A DNA stretch of 64,000 nucleotides, from positions 1,488,001-1,552,000 of the forward strand of contig JANJGN010000100.1 of NCBI GenBank assembly GCA_026770705.1, given 5' to 3'. Below are positions 51,276 to 63,179 of the stretch, one piece after another; the stretch's first letter is position 1, and each line of letters opens with the position of its first letter. The stretch comes from Isurus oxyrinchus. Lineage: Eukaryota. The position numbers and the translations under genes are program-made. The notes under the pieces are model-generated. The model searched no databases. It was not told the DNA's origin and saw nothing but the letters and a program-made list of their open reading frames with translations.

Positions 51276-51539
51276 AGAAGCTGCTTCCCGTGCCTATTAT
51301 TTGTATGAAATCATGCAATGGTTAGAGCGGAGAAAGAGTTCTTTCTGCCCGTCCTGTCACCCCCATTCCCGACCTTTTCCCTGGAACCCTGCAATTTATC
51401 CTGTCTCTCCTCGTTCTTCTGACCAAACTGGGAAAGAAAGATTGAGAATGATCCAACCCGGCCACTTACCGCCCCATCAGTCTACTCTCCATCATCAGCA
51501 AAGTAATGGAAAGGATCATCAACAGTGCTATCAAGCAGC

Positions 51540-52400
51540 ACTGACTTAGCAATAAACTGCTCACTGATGCCCAGCTTGGGTTCCACAAGGACCACTCAGC
51601 TCCTGATCTCATTACAGCCTTGGTTCAAACATAAACAAAAGAGCTGAACTCCCGAGATGAGGCGCAATCAGCATTTGACCGAGTGTGGCATCAAGGTGCC
51701 CGAGCACAACTGGAGTCAATGGGAATCAGGGGGAAACTCTCCGTTTGTTGGAGTCATACCGAGCACAAAGGAAGATGGTTGTGGTTGCTGGAGTCAGTCA
51801 TCTTATCTCCAGGACATCACTGCAGGAGTTCCTTAGGGTAGTGTCCTCGGTCCAACCATCTTCAGCAATGAGCTTCCATCCATCATAAGGTCAGAAGTGG
51901 CGAAGTTAGCTGATGATTACACAATGTTCAGCACCATACCCGACTCCTCAGATACTGAAGCAGTCCATGTCCAAATGTAGCAGGACCTGGGTAATATCCA
52001 GGCTTCGGCTGACAAGTGACAAGTAACATTCGCACCACACAAGTGTCCGGCAATGGCCATCTCCAACACAAGAGAATCCAACCATCACCTCTTGATGTTC
52101 AATGGCATTACTATCACTGAATCCCTCACTATCAACATCCTGGGGGTTCACATTGACCAGGAACTGAACTGGAATAGCCATATAAACACTGTGGCTACAA
52201 GAGCAGGTCAGAGGTTAGGAATAGTGCAACGTGTAACTCACTTCCTGACTCCCTAAAGCCTGTCTACCATCTACAAGGCACACGTTAGGAGTGTAATAGA
52301 ATAGTCCTCACTTGCTTGGATGAGTGCAGCCCCCGCAGTACTGAAGAAGCTGGACACTGTCCAGGGCCAAAGCAGTCTACTTGACTGGCACCACCTCCAC
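51540..52400 (+). mobile_element. Degenerate LINE RT fragment (CR1/L2 clade)
   Basis: AFDRVWH-like, GVP.GSVLGP, ADD and LGVHID.ELNW.SHI motifs across frames. Confidence 0.8.
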
Positions 52401-52843
52401 ATCCAGGTTTAGCTGCAAATTACATTGCCTTGAACGTCTGACCAAAGTAAAACACTGCAAACATCAGACCCTGGAGCAAGGCTGACATATCTGCGCAGGT
52501 GAGGAACCAGCTGAAGCTTTCAGTATTGATTTCCTTAACACCGATTTCAAAATGGGAATTGTTCGATGGCTTGAAAGCGAAATAAACAGGGCTAAGGAGA
52601 AAGATAAGGAATATGATCATTAATTATAAAGTTCTTTGTACAAAATTGACATAGACACCATGAGTGGAAGGTCCTCTTACTGCGCTGTGCCATTTGACGA
52701 TGACATTGTTGATCAGTCTGTCTCCAGCATTCCTAATGAGAACAGCCGAATTCCATTTCTTCAAAACAAAGACCCAAAGTGCTGCTGCATGACGTCACCG
52801 CTTAACATTCCAGACAGCTCCATTGGGATCTTTACAGCACAGG

Positions 52844-52915
52844 GTTTATACAGGCGAGTGGGGTCATATTCGCCTCACATGTGATGGAGCTGCGGTTTGA
52901 TACCTGGCAAGAGCA
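52844..52915 (+). pseudogene. tRNA-Val(CAC) remnant
   Basis: TTCGCCTCACATGTGA...CGGTTTGATACCTGGC; follows the Val-module upstream block. Confidence 0.55.
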
Positions 52916-53907
52916 TTATCCAAGATTGTTTATTTGAGTGACGGAAAGTTCGATAATTTACATTTGTTGTAAATATGAACACAACGGTTGGAATCCTGCT
53001 GAAGAAATATTTCACCATTTGTGATTTTAACCACATTAATTATCAGTTAATTAGATGGAAACCCATCCAAATATATCTGTATTTTCTGATTTCCATTCAT
53101 TTGTCAGCATTCAGGAAATTTGCTTTCGGCAATGGGACAAACACTGAGTCAATTTATTGACATCCTTGCTTTCTGGGTGTGTGTCACTCCTTTGGCATCT
53201 GTCACTCTCGGTGTATATCTTTGTATCTGTTCCTCTGTGATTGTCAGTGAGGTTGTTTCCTGAGGGGGTGAAAACTTTTTTAACATCGCAAACTTAATTC
53301 ACATTAGTTCAGGTTAAAATATTGATGAGAAAAGTATCAGCGTGAAAGATAAAACAGGAGACTGGCCCTTTCTATATATATCCTACAACAACAACAACAA
53401 CTTGTATACATAAAGCACCTTTAACCTGTTGAAACGTCACAAGGCGTGCCCCGGGATCATTATATAACAAAGTGTGACACCGAGCCTCATATTCGGTCAG
53501 ATGACTAAAAGCTCGGTCAGAGGGGGAGGCTTTAAAAACTGCATAAAAGGAGGAAAGTATCGATTTCATGTTCCAGCTAACAGCAATGATTCTTCTCATT
53601 AGTGAAGAAGTCACTTGTGTTCAACTGAACACAAGTCCAGTGACTCGGGATTGGCGCTTCCGTTGGACTGACAGTGAATAGGGTGGAGGGTTTTGGAAAT
53701 TTAAAGTTGCACATGAGCAGCTTGTGGGACTATTTCACTTCACTGTCAATTTCATGTTCCAGCTCGGAACAACCGTTGTTTTCATTGGCTGATGAAGTCG
53801 CTTATCTTGAAACTAAACAGACAGGTTGTGGTGAAAGAGATCTGAACAGAAAAACAATAGGCAAAAGCAGAGTAGATAAGGCGAATCGAAAAACCTCTCG
53901 TGCAACT

Positions 53908-53979
53908 TTCTTGGTGGTCTACTGTTTAGGATTCGGTTCTCTCACCGCCGCAGCCCAGGTTCGATTCCCGGTCCGGAAA
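53908..53979 (+). pseudogene. tRNA-Glu (anticodon CTC), likely pseudogene
   Basis: TTCTTGGTGGTCTACTGTTTAGGATTCGGTTCTCTCACCGCCGCAGCCCAGGTTCGATTCCCGG; A box damaged; inverted paralog of 49931. Confidence 0.75.
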
Positions 53980-54740
53980 TGTCAAATTATTGATTTTTTT
54001 TTTAAATGAGTGTTGATCACTCATTGATTAGAAATGTTTAAAGGCTTCGCCATAATCAAAGGATTGAGGGTTTAAATTTCGCCTCAGATCTGGAAAACAT
54101 GACACTCGTGAGTGGCAGTGAAGGAAGAGGAGAGGAGAAGGGCTGTTTACAAAGCAAAGTACCTTCTTGCAGTACATCTGCTGAACAACATAAGCTTATC
54201 ACAGCTCTGCTTTATTCACATTGAAATCCAGTGTGAAAAACAATTTCAAAGCTGAACAACTGGGAGGGGAGTGACTGTGGATAATCGGCACTGTGCGTCT
54301 TCCTGTAATCAGTATCTGGGAGAACCAGGAAGATAAGATCCAAGTGTCTCTTTACCCACGAGTTTTACCCATTCCCACTAACTGACTGTCTGCATTGAGC
54401 AACTCATTGACCTGGGGGCTTGACGAGCAGAGGGAGCTGGAGGAGAGGCAGGGACAGAAGCAGGATGAAATGCTACAAAAAAGTGCTTTCAATTTGATGT
54501 GTTTCAATTGCTTTCGGTGGTGAATGTCTGCCTTGTAAGTTTCACAGGAGCCACAATGATTAGTTGGTGTTTTTTTAAGTAGCAAGATTTAAAAGTAAAA
54601 AGATAAAAGCAAATTACTGCAAATGATGGAAATCTGAAACAAACACAGAAAATGCTGGAAAAGCTCAGCAGCTGGAGGGAGACACGGAGTCAATGTTTCC
54701 AGACAGTACGACTCTTAATCAGATTTTTAAAAAACTATGG

Positions 54741-54812
54741 CACCCAGCTTGGGGCTCGAACCCACGACCTGAAATTAAAAATCTCACACTGTCCCGACTG
54801 AGCTAGCCAGGA
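54741..54812 (-). pseudogene. tRNA-Lys pseudogene (CTT-type body, loop reads TTT)
   Basis: Revcomp TCCTGGCTAGCTCAGTCGG...TTTTTAA...GGGTTCGAGCCCCAAGCTGGGTG. Confidence 0.72.
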
Positions 54813-55803
54813 TATGAAAAACTGCCTCGTAACCCACTATACATGGATAAGCCTATTGCTTTCCACCTGATATCTCAACTTGGTCGGAAGTTTAAAGTGT
54901 GGGACGTAATCGACCTACAAAAGCCCGAATGTTGCAATGCATTCCCCTCAATCATCAATAACATCATTCACATCTTTCACTACTTAGCTGCACTTCCTTC
55001 CAAATACTGTGATCCATTTTGCTCAGGATTTTCTCCTGCATTTAATATTTACCTGCTTTGTGTCCTCATTTTGAAATCAGATTCGCTTCAATGTCCAACA
55101 CAAATTGAACTGCAAACCTAACGGACAAACAATTGAAAACAAGTCACTTGGTAACACAAATCCCATGGTGCTCATTTCCAGATTCACAACAGTCAGCTTT
55201 TCAATAAAATTAAGGAATTTTACATCGAAAAGAATTAGCAAGTTTGTGTGACTTTTAATTGTGACTCACTCACTCGGGTATTCTGTAAATGCTGCCCGGA
55301 GGTTTAGTGTGCGGGATACCATCTACCCGTCTTTTCCTGAGCCTGTGCTCGGTGTATTGGGAGGTTTGGCCCGGGTTGGAGTATCTTGCGTCCCAGGGAT
55401 GGGCAGTAACCGCTGATTGAAGCTGCAGTCGCTGCTTTCAGCGGGTTGTGGGTGATTGGAGAGTGTGGGGCAGGAATATTGCTGCTTTTTTCTGCTTTTC
55501 CCTGTCTCACTCATCATGGACCTGAGGAAGACTTAGTAATTGATGGGTTCGTTTGATTCCAACAATTTCATGAATTTCTAGTGGGTTACAGAGTAGGTCC
55601 AAATCTTTTGTCACTGTATTTGACAGAAAACGTAATTTTAAAAAGAAGCTGTTTTTGTGGGAGCTGACTGGACAACAAAAGACCTGCCACCGTTTTGGGG
55701 ATGATATCTTGCAGCCCAAGTATCCAATCACAATTCAAAACTGTGTGGCAATGATTGGTGATGATGGGGGAGGTGGGGGGGGGATGGGAACAGTAAAAAT
55801 CTT

Positions 55804-55877
55804 CACCCCCTGGGTGGTTTTGAATCACTAACTTTCAGTTAACAGGCAAACATGCTGAACAACTGTATCACAGACAT
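55804..55877 (-). pseudogene. tRNA-Asn pseudogene
   Basis: CCCTGGGTGGTTTTGAATCACTAACTTTCAGTTAACAG...; inverted paralog of 47680. Confidence 0.68.
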
Positions 55878-56013
55878 TTACACAAACCTGACCGAAAAGG
55901 TATCAGAACCAGGGTGTCAGTGAGTCTCGTCTTCAGATTGCTACTACCCCGATGGCTATCGCACGCTATCAGTTTTATACTTCCAAAAAAAGGGTGAGAC
56001 ATTCATTATGGAT

Positions 56014-56658
56014 GGCTTGCTGCATTGTTCCAGTGAAGCCCAATGCAAACTGGAGGAACAACACCTCATCTTCCGACTAGGCACCTTACAGCCTTCCGGT
56101 CTGAATATTGAATTCAACAACTTTAGGTCGTGAGCTCCCTCCCCCATCCCCACCCCCTTTCTGTTTCCCCCTTTTTCCCTTTTTTTCCCTATAAATTATA
56201 TAGATTTTTCTTTTCCCACCTATTTCCATTATTTTTAAATATTTTAAAATCTTTTATGCTCCCCCCACCCCCACTAGAGCTGTACCTTGAGTGCCCTACC
56301 ATCCATTCTTAATTAGCACATTCGTTTAGATAATATCACCAACTTTAACTTTAACACCTATGTGTCCTTTTGTACCATTGTCATTGACATCTTTTGATGA
56401 TCTGCTTCTATCACTGCTTGTTTGTCTACACAACCACCTCTCTCTCTCTCTCTATCTCTCCGCCCCCCACACACACACCTTAAACCAGCTTATATTTCAA
56501 CTCTTTCTTGGACTCGAAATCAAGTTCTGTCAAAGGGTCATGAGGACTTGAAACGTCAACTCTTTTCTTCTCCGCCGATGCTGCCAGACCTGCTGAGTTT
56601 TTCCAGGTAATTCTGTTTTTGTTTTGGATTTCCAGCATCCGCAGTTTTTTTTGTTTTT
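56014..56658 (+). mobile_element. Young 5'-truncated Penelope-like insertion with a 13-bp TSD
   Basis: ATTCATTATGGAT at 56001-56013 and 56659-56671; nearly identical to the reverse complement of 59785-60395. Confidence 0.92.
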
Positions 56659-57229
56659 ATTCATTATGGATATATGGAAACAGTCTAATCCCACCCACTA
56701 CAGACACATCCAAGTCACCGGGAATCAGCTCTCCTACAACCGGTGCCATTTCCCTTCGAGCCTTTCATTGTCTTGTCTGTTACCAAGTATTCTGATTGTC
56801 CCGAAGCCGATATTAGGTTTGAATTCCTGATGTGCAGTAACGAGAATCCTTTCAATATCTCAGATCAGTTAATTTCACTGATAACATCAGAATCTATGTT
56901 CCGGCGTCTTAAAGAAGGGAAAGGTGCCTTGACTTTCTCCAGTTCACCCTTCATTCGCATTGGTTTCCATTCCTCAAAGGGGATTTTCATTTCCTTCTTG
57001 AGCTCCCTGACCTCATCTGGCAACATCTTTGGATTGAGAGGTTTAATTAACTTTTCAGATGCAGTGCAGTTCTAATTAAAGGCAACAGACCTGAAATGAA
57101 AACGATGTCTCTCTCTCCACAGACGCTACCAGATCTGCTGAGAATTCCAACATTTTCTGTTTTTATTTCAGATAACCAGCATCTGCAATGCTTTTCTTTT
57201 CTTTTCCTGATTAGTGAAACATATAAGAC

Positions 57230-57585
57230 CATGAGACCTTGACAGGGCGGGTTTGGGGAGGATATTTGTGGGAGAATCTACAACTCGGGATCGTTGTTTA
57301 AAAATAAGGGTTCACCCATTTAAAACGGAGATTAAGCGATTTTTTTTCTCTCAGTGGGTCGTGAAACTTATGAACTCTCTTCCTGAAAAGGCTGTGGAAG
57401 CAGAGTCGTTAAATATTTTTTTAAGGCTGAGGTGGATATATTCTTGGCAAGCAAGGGTGAGACAGGTTATTGGAGACAGTTGGCGTACAGATTTCAGGTG
57501 ACTATCAGATCAGCCATGATCTTATTAAATGGCGGAGCAGGATTGAGGGGCCGAATTGGCTACTCCTGCTCCTTTTTCTTATGTA
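57230..57585 (+). mobile_element. CR1-type LINE 3' end
   Basis: Same 3' UTR as 44100-44426 and 1620-1840 (AGATCAGCCATGATC...GGGCCGAAT.G.CTACTCCTGCTCCT). Confidence 0.75.
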
Positions 57586-58089
57586 GTGCTAAGAATGTGG
57601 AACTCATTACCAGTAGATTTTGAGATCACGTCTGAGTTGAAAATGTGTTGGTAAATTCACACTGTAAACTGATTGTTTAGCATCTGGAATTGGAAAGGGG
57701 TTCGCTATCATCCCAGTTACTGACACAGGAACACAGTGAATGGTGCGAGACCATTCAGATACTTCACATGTGCAAAGGGCTTTATTCAGTTTTCCCACAA
57801 GTTAACACTCCAACTTTATAAGTTCAAAGTATTTGATCCACTATCAGAGAAATGATAATAGCATGACACGGTTTAAATGTTCCACGTATAGGGGGAAAAG
57901 TCACGAGCTCATCCCATCTGCTGAGACTGCACTGAGTTCAGATGTAACTGTAGGATTATTATGTCCAGGCGAGAATTGTGGTGGACCCCTGATCAATTTG
58001 TCTGCTGCATCATTTGATTCAACAATTTTATGTCTTGTCCCTATGTCACCCATCGTATTCTGATTACAGGACATCGGTTTCTGTTCTAT

Positions 58090-58520
58090 AATATTGTCTT
58101 TCAATGGCGGAGCGGAGACCCAGGTTTCACTGCGAGACAGAATGTGCCCCATCCTCACTCCAGCAGCTCGATGCGCGTGCGCAATTCTATGTGTGGTGGA
58201 ACATGCGCATTTCGTCTGTTTCATGAGCATGCGCAGTGCTGGTCTGTGACTGAAGCTGCTCAGAGCGGGTAAGAGAATGTCGAGCGGAGCAAACTAACAG
58301 AGTTAGTGGGTGTGTGAGGAGGAATGGAGCCAGCGGAGTGGGCAGGGAGGCTTCATAAAGACACAGTGCAGGCCGCAAATCCCAAATAACAAGGTACCGG
58401 TCTTGTGTTTGCAGAGAACGGGCCGAAAAAGTCTGGATTTCTCCCTTCGACAGTTGCTGGGTAACGGCCGCCATCTTTATAGGGGGCAATATGCAGCAGG
58501 GCGCATGCGCGGTAATCCTG
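58090..58520 (+). promoter_or_regulatory. CpG-rich Pol II promoter / candidate first exon
   Basis: NRF1-like GCGCATGCGC motifs (58172, 58202, 58227, 58501), YY1-like motifs (58103, 58469), donor CGG|GTAAGA at 58269. Confidence 0.6.
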
Positions 58521-59734
58521 GTCCAGGTTGCAGGAGGAAAGAATGTTATGAATTTCTAACCTGGACTGACAGGGATGGATTTTGGAAACTCCTTTTGCAG
58601 GGGGTTAGAAGCAAACTCAAACCGAGAGAAATGTTTGTCTCTTCTCAATTTATGTTCGGGATTGACAATGATGAATTTTGTGAACTCTATTTACAGGGTG
58701 TTAAAGAGGAGGGCAAACTCGAGGGAGATGAGAAACCAAAACCAAACATCACGTCAAAATCTGAAAGTCACTTGTTTCTCCAGGACCTGAATATCACCAG
58801 CCTTTGAATGTAAGCTTTGAGTTCCAGGTCATTACCAGTCACTCTGTAAAATAAACTCTTCCTTGCATCCCCCTTGTGGAACTTGCCCAAAATCTTAAAA
58901 CTCTGTCCCTTAATCTTTCATAATCAGCTAATGGGAGCAGCTTTTATTTAACTACCTTTCTTAATCCTGTACTCCTTTATCAAATCTTCTCTCAATCTCC
59001 TTTACTCTAAGGAGAACAACCCGTTTCTTGAACCTCATCTTACAGTTGAAACCCCTCATCTCTTGAACCATTCTGGTTAATCTCCTCTGTACCCTTACAT
59101 CCTTCACAACGTGTGGTGATCACTAGTTTGCACGGACCCAGATGTTCTGTTTTTGTGCCTGTGACATCATCACACATCGACAATTACACGGTGACTTCAT
59201 CCGGCTCCCCGGGTATTTCCTCAACTGAGAGATTTTTCTCTGACTCCAGTGTTTCTGATACCTTTCCAGCTGCAGGCTCCAGCAGGAGAGTTTAAAGTTG
59301 AATACTGAAACTGTTTCAGAGTTGATTGTTTTTCACCATCCACCTACAATTTAGAGCTTTTAGGTCTATGCTCTGTATCTGTGAGAGGCTCCATGGCTCT
59401 GGGGCTGGTGTGGCTCCTTTACTGTGGATCTGAATCCATGTTCATCCATTGATCTGTTTCACCTCTGCCCACCCTGATCACTTCGCTGCCATTTTTTAAC
59501 TTCCCCTGTCTCTAATAATGGATATATTTGAGTTATATTTAATGTTTTACTGTTACTACTGTCGATTGTGTTGAAATGAAGTTTCCAGCACTGTCCATCC
59601 CCTGACCATGTGCTGCTGGCTTCCCAGCTTTATCTTCCCACAGTATCTTTCATAGTCAGGAATTGCTTTTCCATTTCTATTCCACTTCTGAGCTTATATT
59701 GACCATCAAGTTCGGCACCATTTTTACTCCCTGA

Positions 59735-61720
59735 GAGGAGGCGATGGTGTAATGGTATTGTCACTGGACGAGTAATCCAGAGACAAAAACAGAATTACCT
59801 GGAAAAACTCAGCAGGTCTGGCAGCATCGGCGGAGAAGAAAAGAGTTGACGTTTCGAGTCCTCATGACCCTTCGACAGAACTTGATTTCGAGTCCAAGAA
59901 AGAGTTGAAATATAAGCTGGTTTAAGGTGTGTGTGTGGGGGGGTGGAGAGAGAGAGAGAGAGACAGAGGTGCTTGTGTAGACAAACAAGCAGTGATAGAA
60001 GCAGATCATCAAAAAATGTCAGCAACAATGGTACAAAAGAACACATAGGTGTTAAAGTTAAAGTTGGTGATATTATCTAAACGAATGTGCTAATTAAGAA
60101 TGGATGGTAGGGCACTCAAGGTACAGCTCTAGTGGGGGTGGGGGGAGCATAAAAGATTTTAAAATATTTAAAAATAATGGAAATAGGTGGGAAAAGAAAA
60201 ATCTATAAAATTTATAGGGAAAAAAAAGGGGAAAAAAGGGGGGAAACAGAAAGGGGGTGGGGATGGGGGAGGGAGCTCACGACCTAAAGTTATTGAATTC
60301 AATATTCAGACCGGAAGGCTGTAAGGTGCCTAGTCGGAAGATGAGGTGTTGTTCCTCCAGTTTGCGTTGGGCTTCACTGGAACAATGCAGTAAGCCAAGG
60401 ACAGACATGTGGGCAAGAGAGCAGGGTGGAGTGTTAAAATGGCAAGCGACAGGGAGGTTTGGGTCATTCTTGTGGACAGACCGCAGGTGTTCTGCAAAGC
60501 GGTCGCCCAGTTTACGTTTGGTCTCTCCAATGTAGAGGAGACCACATTGGGAGCAACGAATGCAGTAGACTAAGTTGGGGGAAATGCAAGTGAAATGCTG
60601 CTTCACTTGAAAGGAGTGTTTGGGCCCTTGGACGGTGAGGAGAGAGGAAGTGAAGGGGCAGGTGTTACATCTTTTGCGTGGGCATGGGGTGGTGCCATAG
60701 GAGGGAGTTGAGGAGTAGGGGGTGATGGAGGAGTGGACCAGGGTGTCCCGGAGGGAGCGATCCCTACGGAATGCCGATAAGGGGGGTGAAGGGAAGATGT
60801 GTTTGGTGGTGGCATCATGCTGGAGTTGGTGGAAATGGCGGAGGATGATCCTTTGAATGCGGAGGCTGGTGGGGTGATAAGTGAGGACAAGGGGGACCCT
60901 ATCATGTTTCTGGGAGGGAGGAGAAGGCATGAGGGCGGATGCGCGGGAGATGGGCCGGACACGGTTGAGGGCCCTGTCAACGACCGTGGGTGGAAAACCT
61001 CGGTTAAGGAAGAAGGAGGACATGTCAGAGGAACCGTTTTTGAAGGTAGCATCATCGGAACAGATGCGACGAAGGCGAAGGAACTGGGAGAATGGGATGG
61101 AGTCCTTACAGGAAGCGGGGTGTGAGGAGCTGTAGTCGAGGTAGCTGTGGGAGTCGGTGGGTTTGTAATGGATATTGGTGGACAGTCTATCAGCAGAGAT
61201 TGAGACAGAGAGGTCAAGGAAGGGAAGGGAAGTGTCAGAGATGGACCACGTGAAAATGATGGAGGGGTGGAGATTGGAAGCAAAATTAATAAATTTTTCC
61301 AAGTCCCGACGAGAGCATGAAGCGGCACCGAAGTAATCATCGATGTCCCGGAGAGAAAGTTGTGGAAGGGGGCCGGGGTAGGACTGCAACAAGGAATGTT
61401 CCACATACCCCATAAAGAGACAGGCAGAGCTGGGGCCCAGAGTAATCCAGAGACCCAGGGCAATATCCTGGGGACCCAGATTCAAATCCCGTCATGGCAG
61501 ATGGTGGAATTCCAATTCTATGGAAAAAATCTAGAATTAAAAGTCTAATGCTGACCAACGATGATTGTCGTAAAAACCCACCTGGATCACTCAAGCCCTT
61601 TAGGGAAGGAAATCTGCCGTCTGTAGTCTTGGCCTATACGTGACTCCATACCACAGCAGTGGTTGACTTTTAACTGCCCTCTGAATGCTGGCCTGAGTGA
61701 TGCCCACGTGAATTTAGAAA
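59735..61720 (+). mobile_element. tRNA-derived SINE split by a Penelope insertion
   Basis: A box TGGTGTAATGG at about 59745; after the insert the SINE resumes with GGACCCAGATTCAAATCCC (B box) and its body. Confidence 0.75.
59785..61439 (-). mobile_element. Penelope-like retroelement, 5'-truncated (C-terminal RT + GIY-YIG endonuclease, ORF to 60277), 15-bp TSD
   Basis: LRDIDDYF (RT), FLD, YKPTDS, CxxxxCxTC, NLVYCIRCSQCGLLYIGET (GIY-YIG); GAGTAATCCAGAGAC at 59770-59784 and 61440-61454. Confidence 0.95.
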
Positions 61721-61934
61721 AATCATTCTGCACACCTTGAAACGTTAACTCTGTCTCTCTCCACAGATACCAGCATCTATTGTGATTGACAGTTGCCTGT
61801 GGAGAAGATGATGTTTGACTCTCTTGAACCGCTGCAGTCCGTGTGGTGAAGGTGCTCCCACAATGCTGTTAGGTAAGGAGTTACAGGTTATTCACCCTGT
61901 GATGATGAAAGAACAGTGATCTATCTCCAAATCA

Positions 61935-62360
61935 ACAACAACAATGTGTATTTATAAGTCACTTTCAATGTAAGACAATGTTCCAAGCATTTCACAGAAA
62001 GGTTAAAAGCAAGGTTTGACACTGAGCCAAACAAGGAGATATTGGGGCAGGTGACCAAACATTTGGTCAAAGAGGTAGGTTTTAAGGAGTGTCTTAAAGG
62101 AGAAAAATGAAGTAGAGAGGAAGAGAGGTTTGGGGAGAAAATTCCAGGGCTTGGGGCCATGGAAACTGACAGAATGCTCAGCAGGTCAGAACTAAAGGAG
62201 CACAAACATCTCAGAGGGTTGTGAGGCTGGATTACAGTGATAGGGAGGGGCGAGACCAACATGGAATTTCAACAATGGATGAGAATTTTAAAATGTAGGT
62301 GCTTCTTATCCTAGATCCTTTATAGGTCAGTGAGCACATGGGTGATGGGTGAATAAGACT
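61935..62360 (-). mobile_element. L2-like LINE 3' fragment
   Basis: (CAA)n tail followed by sequence homologous to 5300-5650 and 53390-53560. Confidence 0.55.
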
Positions 62361-63179
62361 TGGTGCGAGTAATTCTCCGCCCCACTCCCACTCTGACCTC
62401 TCTGTCCTTGGCCTCCTGCACTGTTCCAATGAAGCTCAATGGGAGCTCGAGGAACAGCAGCTCATCTTTCATTTCGGCACTGTACAAGCTTCCAGACTCA
62501 ACATCGAGTTCAGCAGTTTCTGCAACAACAGTGAGTTGTCAGGATCTGGAACATTCTACCTGAAAAGGTGCTGGAACCTGATTCTATCGGGAATTTTAAA
62601 AGGGAGTTGACAGGGATTTGGGATTGAGGAACTTACAAGGTTACAAACCGAAAGTGGGTGTGTAGGACTAAACACCACTGCTCTTTCAAAGAGACAGCAC
62701 AAGCACAAAGGGTTGAATGGCCTCCTGTGCTGTAAGTTTCTATGATTCTAGGAGTTGGCCATTTAGCCCCTCGAGTCTGTCCCACCATGCAATCAGATCA
62801 GGCTGATCTGTGACCCTTTGTCTCATGTCCTTTAATTTATACCTTGGGTTAGGAAGGATCTATCAATGCCTGATTGAAATTGAATATTGATCAAGCATGA
62901 ACTGCTAATTCAGGAAGAGAATTCCAAACTTCTCCCAACCTTACCTGGAGAAGATGTTCCTAATCTCACCCCTGAAAGGTCTGGCTCTAATTTCTAGACT
63001 ATGTTCCCCAGTCCTGGATTCCCCAACCAATGGAAATAGTTCCTCTCTATCTACCACACCATTTCCAATTAATATCATGAAAACTTCGAGAAAATCCTCC
63101 TCAATCTTCTAAATTCCAGGGAATACAAACCTCACAGTGAGATGATGAATATTAGCAGAATGACTAGGATACAGTCCTA

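Noticed and set aside
58310-58807. 165-aa ORF near the CpG-rich promoter
   Set aside because: GTG start, lies after a splice donor (likely intron), no recognisable motif
59735-59784. tRNA gene at 59.7 kb
   Set aside because: It is the tRNA-derived head of a SINE that continues after the Penelope insert; no cloverleaf
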